Virus record (IMG/VR): IMGVR_UViG_3300017903_001733
Span: 1 to 58,597 of that record
Strand: one strand, 5' to 3'
From: a virus
Lineage: Duplodnaviria; Caudoviricetes
Length of the DNA stretch: 58,597 bases
The first letter of the stretch is position 1. Every line of letters begins with the position of its first letter. Shown here in pieces: positions 1-7,308 of this stretch. The translations under genes were made by a program, and so were the position numbers. The notes under the pieces were generated by a model. It was not told the origin of the DNA. It did not search any database and was given only the letters and a program-made list of their open reading frames with translations.

Positions 1-142
1 CGTAATCCTCTGCCGTAAAGTTGTCGTCAAAGTCACCATCCCATGCCATGGGTTGACCAGCGCGACCCGTCAGGTCAGCGAAGGTTGCACGATAAGGGGT
101 GCGGCAATAGCGTTGATCGTGGGTCATGTCGTTTGTGTTCAT
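1..142 (-). CDS. hypothetical early protein (3' end outside window)
   Basis: ATG at 142 (MNTNDMTHDQRYCRTPYR...) just downstream of a TATAAT box at 149-154; frame stays open to the window edge. Confidence 0.55.
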   Translation of the reverse strand, partial: MNTNDMTHDQRYCRTPYRATFADLTGRAGQPMAWDGDFDDNFTAEDY

Positions 143-148
143 GGGTCT

Positions 149-205
149 ATTATAGGCACAGGATGGGGACGATCGCCTAGGGCAGTGTGACACTAAGCGG
201 ACTGG
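149..205 (-). promoter_or_regulatory. early promoter: -10 TATAAT plus upstream semi-palindromic element
   Basis: ATTATA at 149-154 and GTGTGACACTAAGCGGACTGG at 185-205 (+ strand reading); the same arrangement recurs about 10 times. Confidence 0.75.
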
Positions 206-426
206 TTGTCTGCGCCGTCTGGCAGCAGATCAATTAGTGTATCTTCATCATAGAGATCTACGATCTCATCAGTTACCTCATCCCATGTCAATTTATCGTA
301 TTCATTCATTAACAAATCACGCACCATATGCACGAGGGAATCTGTATCCATCCCATCGATAATATGGTCCACATAATTCTCAACTAGTTGGAAACGATCT
401 GCTTCGTTTGGTGATGGTTGGGTCAT
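193..426 (-). CDS. hypothetical acidic protein
   Basis: ORF track 193..540; start moved to MTQPSP at 426 to avoid overlap with the upstream gene. Confidence 0.7.
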   Translation of the reverse strand: MTQPSPNEADRFQLVENYVDHIIDGMDTDSLVHMVRDLLMNEYDKLTWDEVTDEIVDLYDEDTLIDLLPDGADNQSA

Positions 427-484
427 GATTTTCATCAATTGTTTGTCAGATTCGAGAGCGATTGTGCAGGGATCTTTGAACATA

Positions 485-826
485 TCAGGCGAACACATAA
501 CCAGACTCAAAATCTTCGGTCTTGTATACATTCTGACCATTCACACATCCCACGAACTTGCGAACATACCAGAGGAAATCCTTCTGAAAGACGCCTTCAC
601 CAGCGATGCAGAATTCAGTGCAAAGTGCATTCAAACGAGATTTTGTAGTGTTGGACTGCCAACCACCATCAAAGATTGTCATGGTGGTGTCATCAACCAT
701 GGCGATCTTGTTGCCGTGGAGATATACAATAGACACGCCGTCGTTGGTAACAACTTGGGTGTTTCCAGATGACCAGTTCTTGTTTGCCTGAATAGCGGCA
801 CACATTTGCTGTTCGATCTTACGCAT
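485..826 (-). CDS. hypothetical early protein
   Basis: ORF 485..952; start MRKIEQQ at 826 lies downstream of the promoter at 856-910. Confidence 0.8.
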   Translation of the reverse strand: MRKIEQQMCAAIQANKNWSSGNTQVVTNDGVSIVYLHGNKIAMVDDTTMTIFDGGWQSNTTKSRLNALCTEFCIAGEGVFQKDFLWYVRKFVGCVNGQNVYKTEDFESGYVFA

Positions 827-855
827 GAGAGTCGTTGGTTGTTTGACTTGAGATA

Positions 856-910
856 ACAATACAGGAGATGAGGCACAGATCAACCGATGGTGTGACACTA
901 CCTCAACTGG
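856..910 (-). promoter_or_regulatory. early promoter with palindromic element
   Basis: TTGATC-N16-TATTGT on minus strand; GTGTGACACTACCTCAACTGG at 890-910. Confidence 0.7.
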
Positions 911-1098
911 ACCACGTAATCGATGGATTTGACACACCAACCCGTTGCACATGTAATCTCTTCAATGAGATCATCCTCATCACATGCTTCCCAGATTGTT
1001 GTCATCGTTTGATTGATTACACCTTGTTTCTCTTCTTCAGGATAAGGTCCAAATTCATCATCAAAATCAAAATCAATTTGTGTGACTTGAAATTGCAT
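898..1098 (-). CDS. hypothetical protein
   Basis: 66-aa ORF, TAATG-coupled to the upstream ORF. Confidence 0.75.
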   Translation of the reverse strand: MQFQVTQIDFDFDDEFGPYPEEEKQGVINQTMTTIWEACDEDDLIEEITCATGWCVKSIDYVVQLR

Positions 1099-1253
1099 TA
1101 GTTGTAGGGGAAGAATGAAGAACTGGTTGAATCTGTTGTGTAGGGGATATCAAAATCCTCCCCGAACATTTGGTAGTAGAACTCACTAAAGATAGCGAAA
1201 TCATCTGGTGTTTCGCTATTCCAAACCTTGAGAATCTCAGTGTAAATGTTCAT
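1098..1253 (-). CDS. small hypothetical protein (51 aa, below ORF-track cutoff)
   Basis: MNIYTEILKVWNSETPDDFAIFSEFYYQMFG...; ATGA overlap upstream and TAATG overlap downstream. Confidence 0.7.
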   Translation of the reverse strand: MNIYTEILKVWNSETPDDFAIFSEFYYQMFGEDFDIPYTTDSTSSSFFPYN

Positions 1254-1432
1254 TCACCGAAGAAAGCAAAGTGTGCATCAAGGACGAAATCGATCACGTC
1301 ATCCGTTGCGCTAACGTTGAAATGATCACAGAACCAATCAACTGCCATCTCAGAAGATGCCATGGTATCGAACATGAAATCCTGCAGATCTTGCAGGGTT
1401 TGAGGAGAGGAGAGAAGTCGTTTTGTTTTCAT
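1250..1432 (-). CDS. hypothetical protein
   Basis: 60-aa ORF starting immediately after the TATAAT at 1439-1444. Confidence 0.7.
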   Translation of the reverse strand: MKTKRLLSSPQTLQDLQDFMFDTMASSEMAVDWFCDHFNVSATDDVIDFVLDAHFAFFGE

Positions 1433-1438
1433 GCACCT

Positions 1439-1495
1439 ATTATAAGCACAGGGTTTGACGGATCGCGACCTCTAGTGTGACACCTTGTCAACTGG
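1439..1495 (-). promoter_or_regulatory. early promoter with palindromic element
   Basis: TATAAT (1439-1444) and GTGTGACACCTTGTCAACTGG (1475-1495); same spacing as the copy at 149-205. Confidence 0.75.
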
Positions 1496-1645
1496 TCGGG
1501 CAGCCAAAACATTCTTTACAAGAACTGCCCAAAACTTTATGCCAGAAGTATACTCTACCCCTGTGGGCAAGTAAGGTATAGTTTGATGCATGAAAAAATG
1601 CGACCATGTATACACTACACGATCGCATCAGAAATGGGTGATATA

Positions 1646-1670
1646 GTGTGCAGTTCAATTAGTGGCACAC
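1646..1670. promoter_or_regulatory. copy of palindromic early element
   Basis: GTGTGCAGTTCAATTAGTGGCACAC inverted repeat in intergenic DNA. Confidence 0.55.
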
Positions 1671-1677
1671 ATTGTTG

Positions 1678-1833
1678 TTAGTCGTCAAAATATTCGTTAT
1701 CTTTGAATGTCTTCTGCTGTTTGTTACGCTTATTGTAACGCTTAGCATTAGACACATTGTACCCGAAATCTTCGTAATCGTCTTCTCTAAACTTAGTGGA
1801 CGATTCTTGATACTTTTTGCTTGATTTTGCCAT
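1678..1833 (-). CDS. small charged hypothetical protein (51 aa)
   Basis: MAKSSKKYQESSTKFREDDYEDFGY...; fills the gap on the coding strand. Confidence 0.65.
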   Translation of the reverse strand: MAKSSKKYQESSTKFREDDYEDFGYNVSNAKRYNKRNKQQKTFKDNEYFDD

Positions 1834-1875
1834 TTTATTGGTGTTATTCAGTCAATTAGTGATTAATATCAGTAT

Positions 1876-2136
1876 TTAGGGTACAATTTTGTCAATTAGA
1901 ATCAATTCTTCCTGTTTAATACTATTATTCAGGAATTTACCAACTGATTCTTTACTATCAACGACTTTTTGTAAGTTATTATCGAAATTATCTACATTTC
2001 GTTGATACTTATAGATTGTATTTGATTGTTTGAATTGTATTTCTACATATTCAGTTCTTAATACAATTCTATTAACCATTGAAGATTCTAAATCTCTATA
2101 ATCTTTGAGAATTTGAGGAAATTGAGATTCTGTCAT
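1876..2136 (-). CDS. KTSC-like domain protein
   Basis: SSMV...VEIQFK..TIYKY...SVGKFLN..I pattern resembles the KTSC domain. Confidence 0.5.
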   Translation of the reverse strand: MTESQFPQILKDYRDLESSMVNRIVLRTEYVEIQFKQSNTIYKYQRNVDNFDNNLQKVVDSKESVGKFLNNSIKQEELILIDKIVP

Positions 2137-2262
2137 TTTTGATTAAAGTTTAAATCTTAAATTTTAAAGTTTTTAAGATTTTGTATTTTTTAAGTTTTTG
2201 AACTTTTTGACTTTTTGAGATTTCTTCAAAAGTGCCGTTTCTTGCCCCCTGAAGACCTCTTA

Positions 2263-2358
2263 ATTATACCAGCGACCCCATGACCCTCGGCGGGGGTTTG
2301 TGCCAGTTCTCAGGGTGTCATAGAGGGCATTGACAATCGATCGGAGACGTGCTAAGAC
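2263..2358. promoter_or_regulatory. divergent promoter pair sharing one palindromic element
   Basis: minus-strand TATAAT 2263-2268; element TGTGCCAGTTCTCAGGGTGTCA 2299-2320; plus-strand TTGACA(2330-2335)-N17-TAAGAC(2353-2358) with TG extension. Confidence 0.65.
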
Positions 2359-2411
2359 AACAAGAACTCCGCACAATATCACACATTACCTATATTTTTT
2401 AAACCATTTCT

Positions 2412-2444
2412 TTTTCCACAGGTTTTTCCACAATGTTTTCCACA
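2412..2444 (+). repeat. three direct repeats TTTTCCACA (cyanobacterial-type DnaA boxes), 12-bp period
   Basis: TTTTCCACA at 2412-2420, 2424-2432 and 2436-2444 in non-coding DNA. Confidence 0.8.
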
Positions 2445-2524
2445 ACCACTATATTTTGCGTTAGAAAACCCTGACGTACACTAGAGAGTGCCTTTGCGGA
2501 CACTCTGTAGTATCTGTGGAGTTA

Positions 2525-3145
2525 CTATCTCCAACGTGGACCTAACACCCAACCAACTAATGCACGTCTCGTACCACTCTTCACTGGCAATACTCGGTGA
2601 CAAACTCTACTATCAAACACGATCATATGACCTAGTTGTTGATCTACTGTGTAGACCTTTTTATTCTCTCCTTGTACATAGAACTGAAGTTTTCCACCTT
2701 CGTATTCTGATGGGTCAGTCAATGGTAGAGAGAAAGAGAGTTTTCTTACATAGATGTTATCATCTGTATCCTGTAGTTTATCCCATCGTGCAATCTTTTT
2801 GCTTAGATTACCTGGGTATAGTGTATCAGTGTGCCATACGTAGTGTTGTCCTTCTGTATACTGCATGAGGTTAATAGTGTCATCTTCAAACGAAGTAATA
2901 TCCAATTTAAAATTAGATTGATTAGTACGTTGGATGACATGCCAGATCATACCAGCAAACCAATACTGAGTAGTGATTGGTTTCATCTTGACATCTCTTA
3001 TTTTCTTGTTGAGAGTCTTGACGTTGATTGTACCATCATCAGTGGGTAGAATGTCATCTTTATCAATTGTTTTGTTGATGTACTCTACCAGTTCAGAATC
3101 AATACCAATGTTGATGACACTGATAGGAGATCTTGGTTTACTCAT
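2525..3145 (-). CDS. 2OG-Fe(II) oxygenase (PKHD/P4H-like)
   Basis: YxWHxD, RKLS, EYEGG, HRVxPVxSGxRxALVxW motifs. Confidence 0.9.
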   Translation of the reverse strand: MSKPRSPISVINIGIDSELVEYINKTIDKDDILPTDDGTINVKTLNKKIRDVKMKPITTQYWFAGMIWHVIQRTNQSNFKLDITSFEDDTINLMQYTEGQHYVWHTDTLYPGNLSKKIARWDKLQDTDDNIYVRKLSFSLPLTDPSEYEGGKLQFYVQGENKKVYTVDQQLGHMIVFDSRVCHRVLPVKSGTRRALVGWVLGPRWR

Positions 3146-3365
3146 CGGTCAGATACTGCTGGAGTTCATCGGTTCTGAAGTAATTGATCTCTTCGTTGTC
3201 ATCTTGGTCTTGTAAGAACATCCACTCATAGAACTCATCAGCAACTGCCATTGCATCATCAATACGATCCTTCTTAAGTAGGAATTTGAAGCGACGAAGG
3301 CGATTCTTCATGATATCATCAATCTGACGGCAGATCGATTCTTGTTCTTTCTGAAGAGGGTTCAT
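3138..3365 (-). CDS. hypothetical protein
   Basis: 75-aa ORF overlapping its neighbours in an operon. Confidence 0.75.
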   Translation of the reverse strand: MNPLQKEQESICRQIDDIMKNRLRRFKFLLKKDRIDDAMAVADEFYEWMFLQDQDDNEEINYFRTDELQQYLTDE

Positions 3366-3580
3366 TTGATGGTGAGAACGTTGGTCAGGTGATTGTATTC
3401 GATGAACTCTTGTTCAGGATGCAATGCTAGTTGTAGTCCTTTGGCGAATTCATTGGGGAATTTGGAAAAGTAACGCCAGTATTTGTCGTTATCCAGACCA
3501 TTAGATACTGGACGAAGAGTTGTCTCAGTGAGAGATTGGAATTGGACAAGTGTTGATACGTGGTCAGCAACGATGTTCAT
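3362..3580 (-). CDS. hypothetical protein
   Basis: 72-aa ORF with ATGA coupling. Confidence 0.75.
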   Translation of the reverse strand: MNIVADHVSTLVQFQSLTETTLRPVSNGLDNDKYWRYFSKFPNEFAKGLQLALHPEQEFIEYNHLTNVLTIK

Positions 3581-3795
3581 TTGACGTAGATGTTGTTAGC
3601 GTAGGTTTGCAGGAAGTCTACAGCAGACTTATACATTTTGTACTCTTCAGGGAGCATATCATCCCAGTCGAGTGTGTCACCTGCTGTCCAGTCAATCGTA
3701 CCATCGTTATCATCAACGAGGTAAGAAACGGGTGCTCCGTTCTCAAGCATGATTGCCTCACCATTGATGACGACATACATGAGATCGTGGTCCAT
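3577..3795 (-). CDS. hypothetical protein
   Basis: 72-aa ORF with AGGAG RBS, downstream of a sigma70 promoter. Confidence 0.75.
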   Translation of the reverse strand: MDHDLMYVVINGEAIMLENGAPVSYLVDDNDGTIDWTAGDTLDWDDMLPEEYKMYKSAVDFLQTYANNIYVK

Positions 3796-3818
3796 TGTGC
3801 TCCTGTGTTGCTGTTGTT

Positions 3819-3847
3819 AGTATACTATGTAGTGGGCAGGGTGTCAA
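3819..3847 (-). promoter_or_regulatory. sigma70-type promoter
   Basis: TTGACA-N17-TATACT. Confidence 0.85.
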
Positions 3848-3850
3848 CCC

Positions 3851-4267
3851 TCACTTGTAAAGATAACCGCCTGCCCAATCAGCATTGGCAAGCAACCACT
3901 CACGATCTTTGATCAGCAGCAGATTGAAACGAACATGCTTAGCAGGTGCTTTGAATGATGCTGGTTTGTATACTTCACCAGTCTTCATGTCAACAAATGC
4001 ATGAACACTACGAGAGGGAGGACGATTGTGGTTAGGAACAACCATGATGATCTTGTGATACTTACGACCAGACTCGATCACAAACTTATACTCAGGTGCT
4101 TCACGTCCTGCAACAACACCATGATTACGTTGCTTAAAGTTCATCTCCAGTGCATCACACAGCATCAGGCAATACTCACGGATCTTCAGTTGGATGTTGT
4201 TGCGAGCATCTTGGGTAGCAACGTAGTCTGCGAAGGACTGACCAGTGGGGTTGGGAAGGGAGATCAT
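3851..4267 (-). CDS. hypothetical phage early protein
   Basis: 138-aa ORF (GRKYHKI...SVHAFVD..TGEVYKPASFKAPAK) with its own promoter. Confidence 0.85.
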   Translation of the reverse strand: MISLPNPTGQSFADYVATQDARNNIQLKIREYCLMLCDALEMNFKQRNHGVVAGREAPEYKFVIESGRKYHKIIMVVPNHNRPPSRSVHAFVDMKTGEVYKPASFKAPAKHVRFNLLLIKDREWLLANADWAGGYLYK

Positions 4268-4291
4268 CGTGTCGGTTGCGTTGTTGAACTA

Positions 4292-4349
4292 AGTATAGGG
4301 CAGATCAGGCGTTTCGGATCTCACCGCGTACCACTACGTCAACTGGCAC
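4292..4349 (-). promoter_or_regulatory. early promoter with palindromic element
   Basis: TATACT 4292-4297; GCGTACCACTACGTCAACTGGCAC 4326-4349. Confidence 0.7.
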
Positions 4350-4553
4350 ACGAGAGATGGTGTAGCGCGTGATCTGAGGAGAGAATTGACGCCATGCATC
4401 GATCGTCTCGTTCACAATGCGATTGTGCTGGCGATCCATACCCTTAGCAGTGGTACACTTGCCGCACTTGCGGAAGTAGATGATGGGGATCTCGGAATCC
4501 TTGGTGTCGATCTCGATCTTGTAGAAGGAGTGCTTGACTGCGGTGACTGCCAT
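4305..4553 (-). CDS. hypothetical protein
   Basis: 82-aa ORF downstream of the promoter at 4579-4637. Confidence 0.8.
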   Translation of the reverse strand: MAVTAVKHSFYKIEIDTKDSEIPIIYFRKCGKCTTAKGMDRQHNRIVNETIDAWRQFSPQITRYTISRVPVDVVVRGEIRNA

Positions 4554-4578
4554 GTGGTGTTCCCTTGACGACTTCTAT

Positions 4579-4637
4579 AAGATACCCCAGATCAGGGCCA
4601 CATGGGGTGATTGGTGGGCGGTTTGGCAGGTGTCCAC
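4579..4637 (-). promoter_or_regulatory. early promoter with degenerate palindromic element
   Basis: TATCTT 4579-4584; GTGGGCGGTTTGGCAGGTGTCCAC 4614-4637. Confidence 0.55.
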
Positions 4638-4849
4638 TGGATGTCCAGGCGCTCCCACAACTCATCTACTGTAATTTCTAACAATCCTGCTACTTCTTCA
4701 TCCCATTCTGCATTATTCTTCTCACATTGTGCTACAAACTCTGGATCAGCACACATCAACTCTACCATATCTTCAAACGATGTTGCATTGGGGATCTCAT
4801 CTTCATGTCCCCATGATCCTTCTGCTTCAGGTGAGAAAAATCCTTTCAT
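4592..4849 (-). CDS. hypothetical acidic protein
   Basis: 85-aa ORF with TAATG coupling. Confidence 0.7.
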   Translation of the reverse strand: MKGFFSPEAEGSWGHEDEIPNATSFEDMVELMCADPEFVAQCEKNNAEWDEEVAGLLEITVDELWERLDIQWTPAKPPTNHPMWP

Positions 4850-5016
4850 TACCAGATCTCCGTGAATCGTTTATGTGTTGCCTTGGTCATTCTACCATCG
4901 TTGAGCATGTTATCACACACACGACAGAAGACTTGAAACTTCTCTTCTCGTGTGAGAGTATCAGCACCCTCACAATCTTTCATGATCTTGATCAAGTATG
5001 CTTTGGAAGTAATCAT
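4849..5016 (-). CDS. hypothetical protein
   Basis: ORF 4849..5061; ATG start MITSKAYL at 5016. Confidence 0.75.
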   Translation of the reverse strand: MITSKAYLIKIMKDCEGADTLTREEKFQVFCRVCDNMLNDGRMTKATHKRFTEIW

Positions 5017-5079
5017 AATGAGAAAAAAGAGTGAGGGGAGGTCTCGCGGTTGGAGACACAATTATATAAACCCTCGGTA

Positions 5080-5316
5080 TCAGCAGTAGACAGGAGAGTA
5101 ATCTTTGCCTTTGTACTCTTCGAGGTTGAAGTCACTGACGGTAGCACCATTGGCGATGTATCCTTCTACATCATACTTCATGCCGATACGATCACGAGTG
5201 GAGAAGGAAGTCATCTCAGTCTCACAACCCTTGTGCCAGACAACACGCTTGACGAAACGCTTGCCAGTGCCAACAGGATAGAAGTCGATCTGTGTGGCGG
5301 AGGTGTGGAGTCGCAT
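5080..5316 (-). CDS. hypothetical protein
   Basis: ORF 5080..5382; start MRLHTS at 5316 downstream of the promoter. Confidence 0.75.
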   Translation of the reverse strand: MRLHTSATQIDFYPVGTGKRFVKRVVWHKGCETEMTSFSTRDRIGMKYDVEGYIANGATVSDFNLEEYKGKDYSPVYC

Positions 5317-5340
5317 GTGGTCCGTTGCTTTGACCCTCTT

Positions 5341-5397
5341 AATATACATGCTTTCGGGTGCCTGTGCCACTCTAGTGGACACTACTCATACTGGCAC
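5341..5397 (-). promoter_or_regulatory. early promoter with palindromic element
   Basis: TATATT 5341-5346; GTGGACACTACTCATACTGGCAC 5375-5397. Confidence 0.7.
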
Positions 5398-5924
5398 ATG
5401 AAATTGGAATTGATGATAATTCTATTCTTATGGTGTGATGGTGATGACCCAGTATGGTAATACTTACCATTAAAGATCAGCAAACGATTTGCTTTTGGTT
5501 CTATTCTTGCTTGAGATGTATACTCTTTGCTGATTTCAGTTTCATTATAGAGAATAGTATCACCATCACTATCATTGACATAGTATATTGATGCAAAGTG
5601 TGGTTCTTCACTATCAACATGAGGATGATGAACCACACCATCTGGATTATACAGTGTCATATCCAATCTCATTCTACCAATTGTTGTTTGCATTGGTAGT
5701 TGATCTTGAATTTGATATGCAAATGGAAGAAAAAACGTGTTTATCCATTTCTTCCCATCAGTTGTGATATTACTACCAAATCCAAAGTCATGCAATGAAC
5801 TAGTTTTATCACCAACGTTGGTAATATTTTGATGATAATACCAAGGACATTGTGGAGATAGGAGATGTTTCTCTATCTGACGATGATATGATGGTGTTAA
5901 AAAATTATCTATAATTTTCATCAT
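5382..5924 (-). CDS. 2OG-Fe(II) oxygenase
   Basis: PHVD, IYYVNDSDGDT, PKANRLLIFNG..YH and RIIINxNF motifs. Confidence 0.85.
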   Translation of the reverse strand: MMKIIDNFLTPSYHRQIEKHLLSPQCPWYYHQNITNVGDKTSSLHDFGFGSNITTDGKKWINTFFLPFAYQIQDQLPMQTTIGRMRLDMTLYNPDGVVHHPHVDSEEPHFASIYYVNDSDGDTILYNETEISKEYTSQARIEPKANRLLIFNGKYYHTGSSPSHHKNRIIINSNFMCQYE

Positions 5925-5933
5925 GTGGGATAC

Positions 5934-6170
5934 TCATTCGTCAAATACCTTACACATAGGTGAACCAGGGTGATCATCACAAAATGCATCTAATACTTTG
6001 TCACGATGACGATTCTCTGGATTGGCAATGTTACCTTCAGTTTTTGGATCCCACTCATCTGGTGCATGTGTTTCATTAGCATGAAAGTCTACCTTATACT
6101 CATTCCACTTATCATTGGGATCATAAAGTGGATCTTGTGGATCGCGTTGACGTGGTTCAGATTGTGACAT
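5934..6170 (-). CDS. cp12: CP12-domain protein (C-terminal CP12 motif, divergent N-terminus)
   Basis: C-terminus LDAFCDDHPGSPMCKVFDE matches the CP12 C-terminal CxxxPxxxxC-x-[VI]-[YF]-D motif. Confidence 0.65.
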   Translation of the reverse strand: MSQSEPRQRDPQDPLYDPNDKWNEYKVDFHANETHAPDEWDPKTEGNIANPENRHRDKVLDAFCDDHPGSPMCKVFDE

Positions 6171-6193
6171 AGTACGTTCCTCGTTTATATTAA

Positions 6194-6352
6194 TTAGGTG
6201 AGTCTGAGGCGATAGTCTTGTAGTTTGCGAATTAGTTCAGCGTGATCTGTTACTCCTGGTGCAATTAGTTCTCTTGCTCTTGCTACATCGTGTGATGACA
6301 TTGACTCAAGTGCTTTGAGAATGTGATCGACTTCTTGTAGTGTTAGATTCAT
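6194..6352 (-). CDS. small hypothetical protein (52 aa)
   Basis: MNLTLQEVDHILKALESMS...; ATGA coupling. Confidence 0.65.
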   Translation of the reverse strand: MNLTLQEVDHILKALESMSSHDVARARELIAPGVTDHAELIRKLQDYRLRLT

Positions 6353-6498
6353 GTGAAATTTGTAAGTGAATGGTAGACTGCCTCAATGTGCATGTTTCCC
6401 TTGAAGTATCCTGCTACGATGATAGAAATACCAAACAGGAAACATGCCACCAAAGAGAGAACCAGTGGTATTGTTGGGTTTGGAACTTCTGGTTTCAT
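6349..6498 (-). CDS. small membrane protein (49 aa)
   Basis: MKPEVPNPTIPLVLSLVACFLFGISIIVAGYFKGNMHIEAV...; one hydrophobic helix; coupled on both sides. Confidence 0.65.
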   Translation of the reverse strand: MKPEVPNPTIPLVLSLVACFLFGISIIVAGYFKGNMHIEAVYHSLTNFT

Positions 6499-6692
6499 TG
6501 CCAACGTAGTGTTTTAAGATACTCAAGCACGTTAGTTCTCACATCCATCAGTTCATGATAACATTTTTGATTGTGAGCACATGATCTGAGTGCAGGATCT
6601 GGTTCAATGACAGACTCAATGAAGATGTCAAGTCCACGATTCCATTTATCTTTCTTGGACTCACCATCTGGGATTACGTTCTGATCTTTCAT
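6495..6692 (-). CDS. hypothetical protein
   Basis: 65-aa ORF in operon. Confidence 0.75.
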   Translation of the reverse strand: MKDQNVIPDGESKKDKWNRGLDIFIESVIEPDPALRSCAHNQKCYHELMDVRTNVLEYLKTLRWQ

Positions 6693-6696
6693 TGAG

Positions 6697-6846
6697 TCAT
6701 CCTTTTCTTGGTTTCGTTCCTAATTTATCATGCTCTTCTACCATTTTCGAGCTTTCGTGCAATTTCTTAATAGCTTCTACAGATTCAGGTGTCTCATCCC
6801 ACTCAAATGTGTCTCCAGACTTGGTTACAAATTGTCTCTTGGTCAT
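6697..6846 (-). CDS. small hypothetical protein (49 aa)
   Basis: MTKRQFVTKSGDTFEWDETPES...; ATGA coupling. Confidence 0.65.
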   Translation of the reverse strand: MTKRQFVTKSGDTFEWDETPESVEAIKKLHESSKMVEEHDKLGTKPRKG

Positions 6847-7265
6847 ACTGCTGCCTCTTGTAGTTTATATTGTAGTTTGGTTAGTTGATAGCGACGAATA
6901 TACTTCTCTGCGTGATCAAAACATGTGAACCAACAAGTTTTCTTCTCCTTACGATCCTCCAATCGCCATGGGAACATGTTAACGTGTGGAAATAGTTTCA
7001 TGTCACGCGAACGAGTATACTTAATGGAATCCGAATTCTTTGCCTTCGCTTTCGCTTTCGTACCAGAAGTCGTACCAGTCTTTTTCGTCTGCTTCTGTGA
7101 TGTTAGTTTCTCTAGATTCTTCTCTAGATTCTGTTGAGTCTTTGACTTTTGTGAGGATGATTTGGTTGCCTTTGATTGACCACGCGAGTTCGTCTCCTTC
7201 TTTCCAGTCGAGGTTTTGGAGGATGTAGGGCGGGATTTCGATGAAGAGGTCTTGCGTGTCGGCAT
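6843..7265 (-). CDS. hypothetical basic protein (alternative start at 7001)
   Basis: C-terminal FPWRLED..KKTCWF..FDHAEKYIRRY looks folded; the K/S/T-rich N-terminus overlaps the AbrB-like gene. Confidence 0.6.
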   Translation of the reverse strand: MPTRKTSSSKSRPTSSKTSTGKKETNSRGQSKATKSSSQKSKTQQNLEKNLEKLTSQKQTKKTGTTSGTKAKAKAKNSDSIKYTRSRDMKLFPHVNMFPWRLEDRKEKKTCWFTCFDHAEKYIRRYQLTKLQYKLQEAAV

Positions 7266-7308
7266 ATTGCTGAACTTCAGTTGTAAAACTAGTCTTGAAT
7301 GTATCCAT
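7021..7308 (-). CDS. AbrB/SpoVT/MazE-like DNA-binding protein
   Basis: LFIEIPPYILQNLDWKEGDELAWSIKGNQIILTK is the swapped-hairpin signature. Confidence 0.75.
   Translation of the reverse strand: MDTFKTSFTTEVQQYADTQDLFIEIPPYILQNLDWKEGDELAWSIKGNQIILTKVKDSTESREESRETNITEADEKDWYDFWYESESEGKEFGFH

Noticed and set aside
2488-2868. Plus-strand 126-aa ORF as the target of the 2330 promoter
   Set aside because: Almost entirely antisense to the oxygenase, GTG start, no protein-like features
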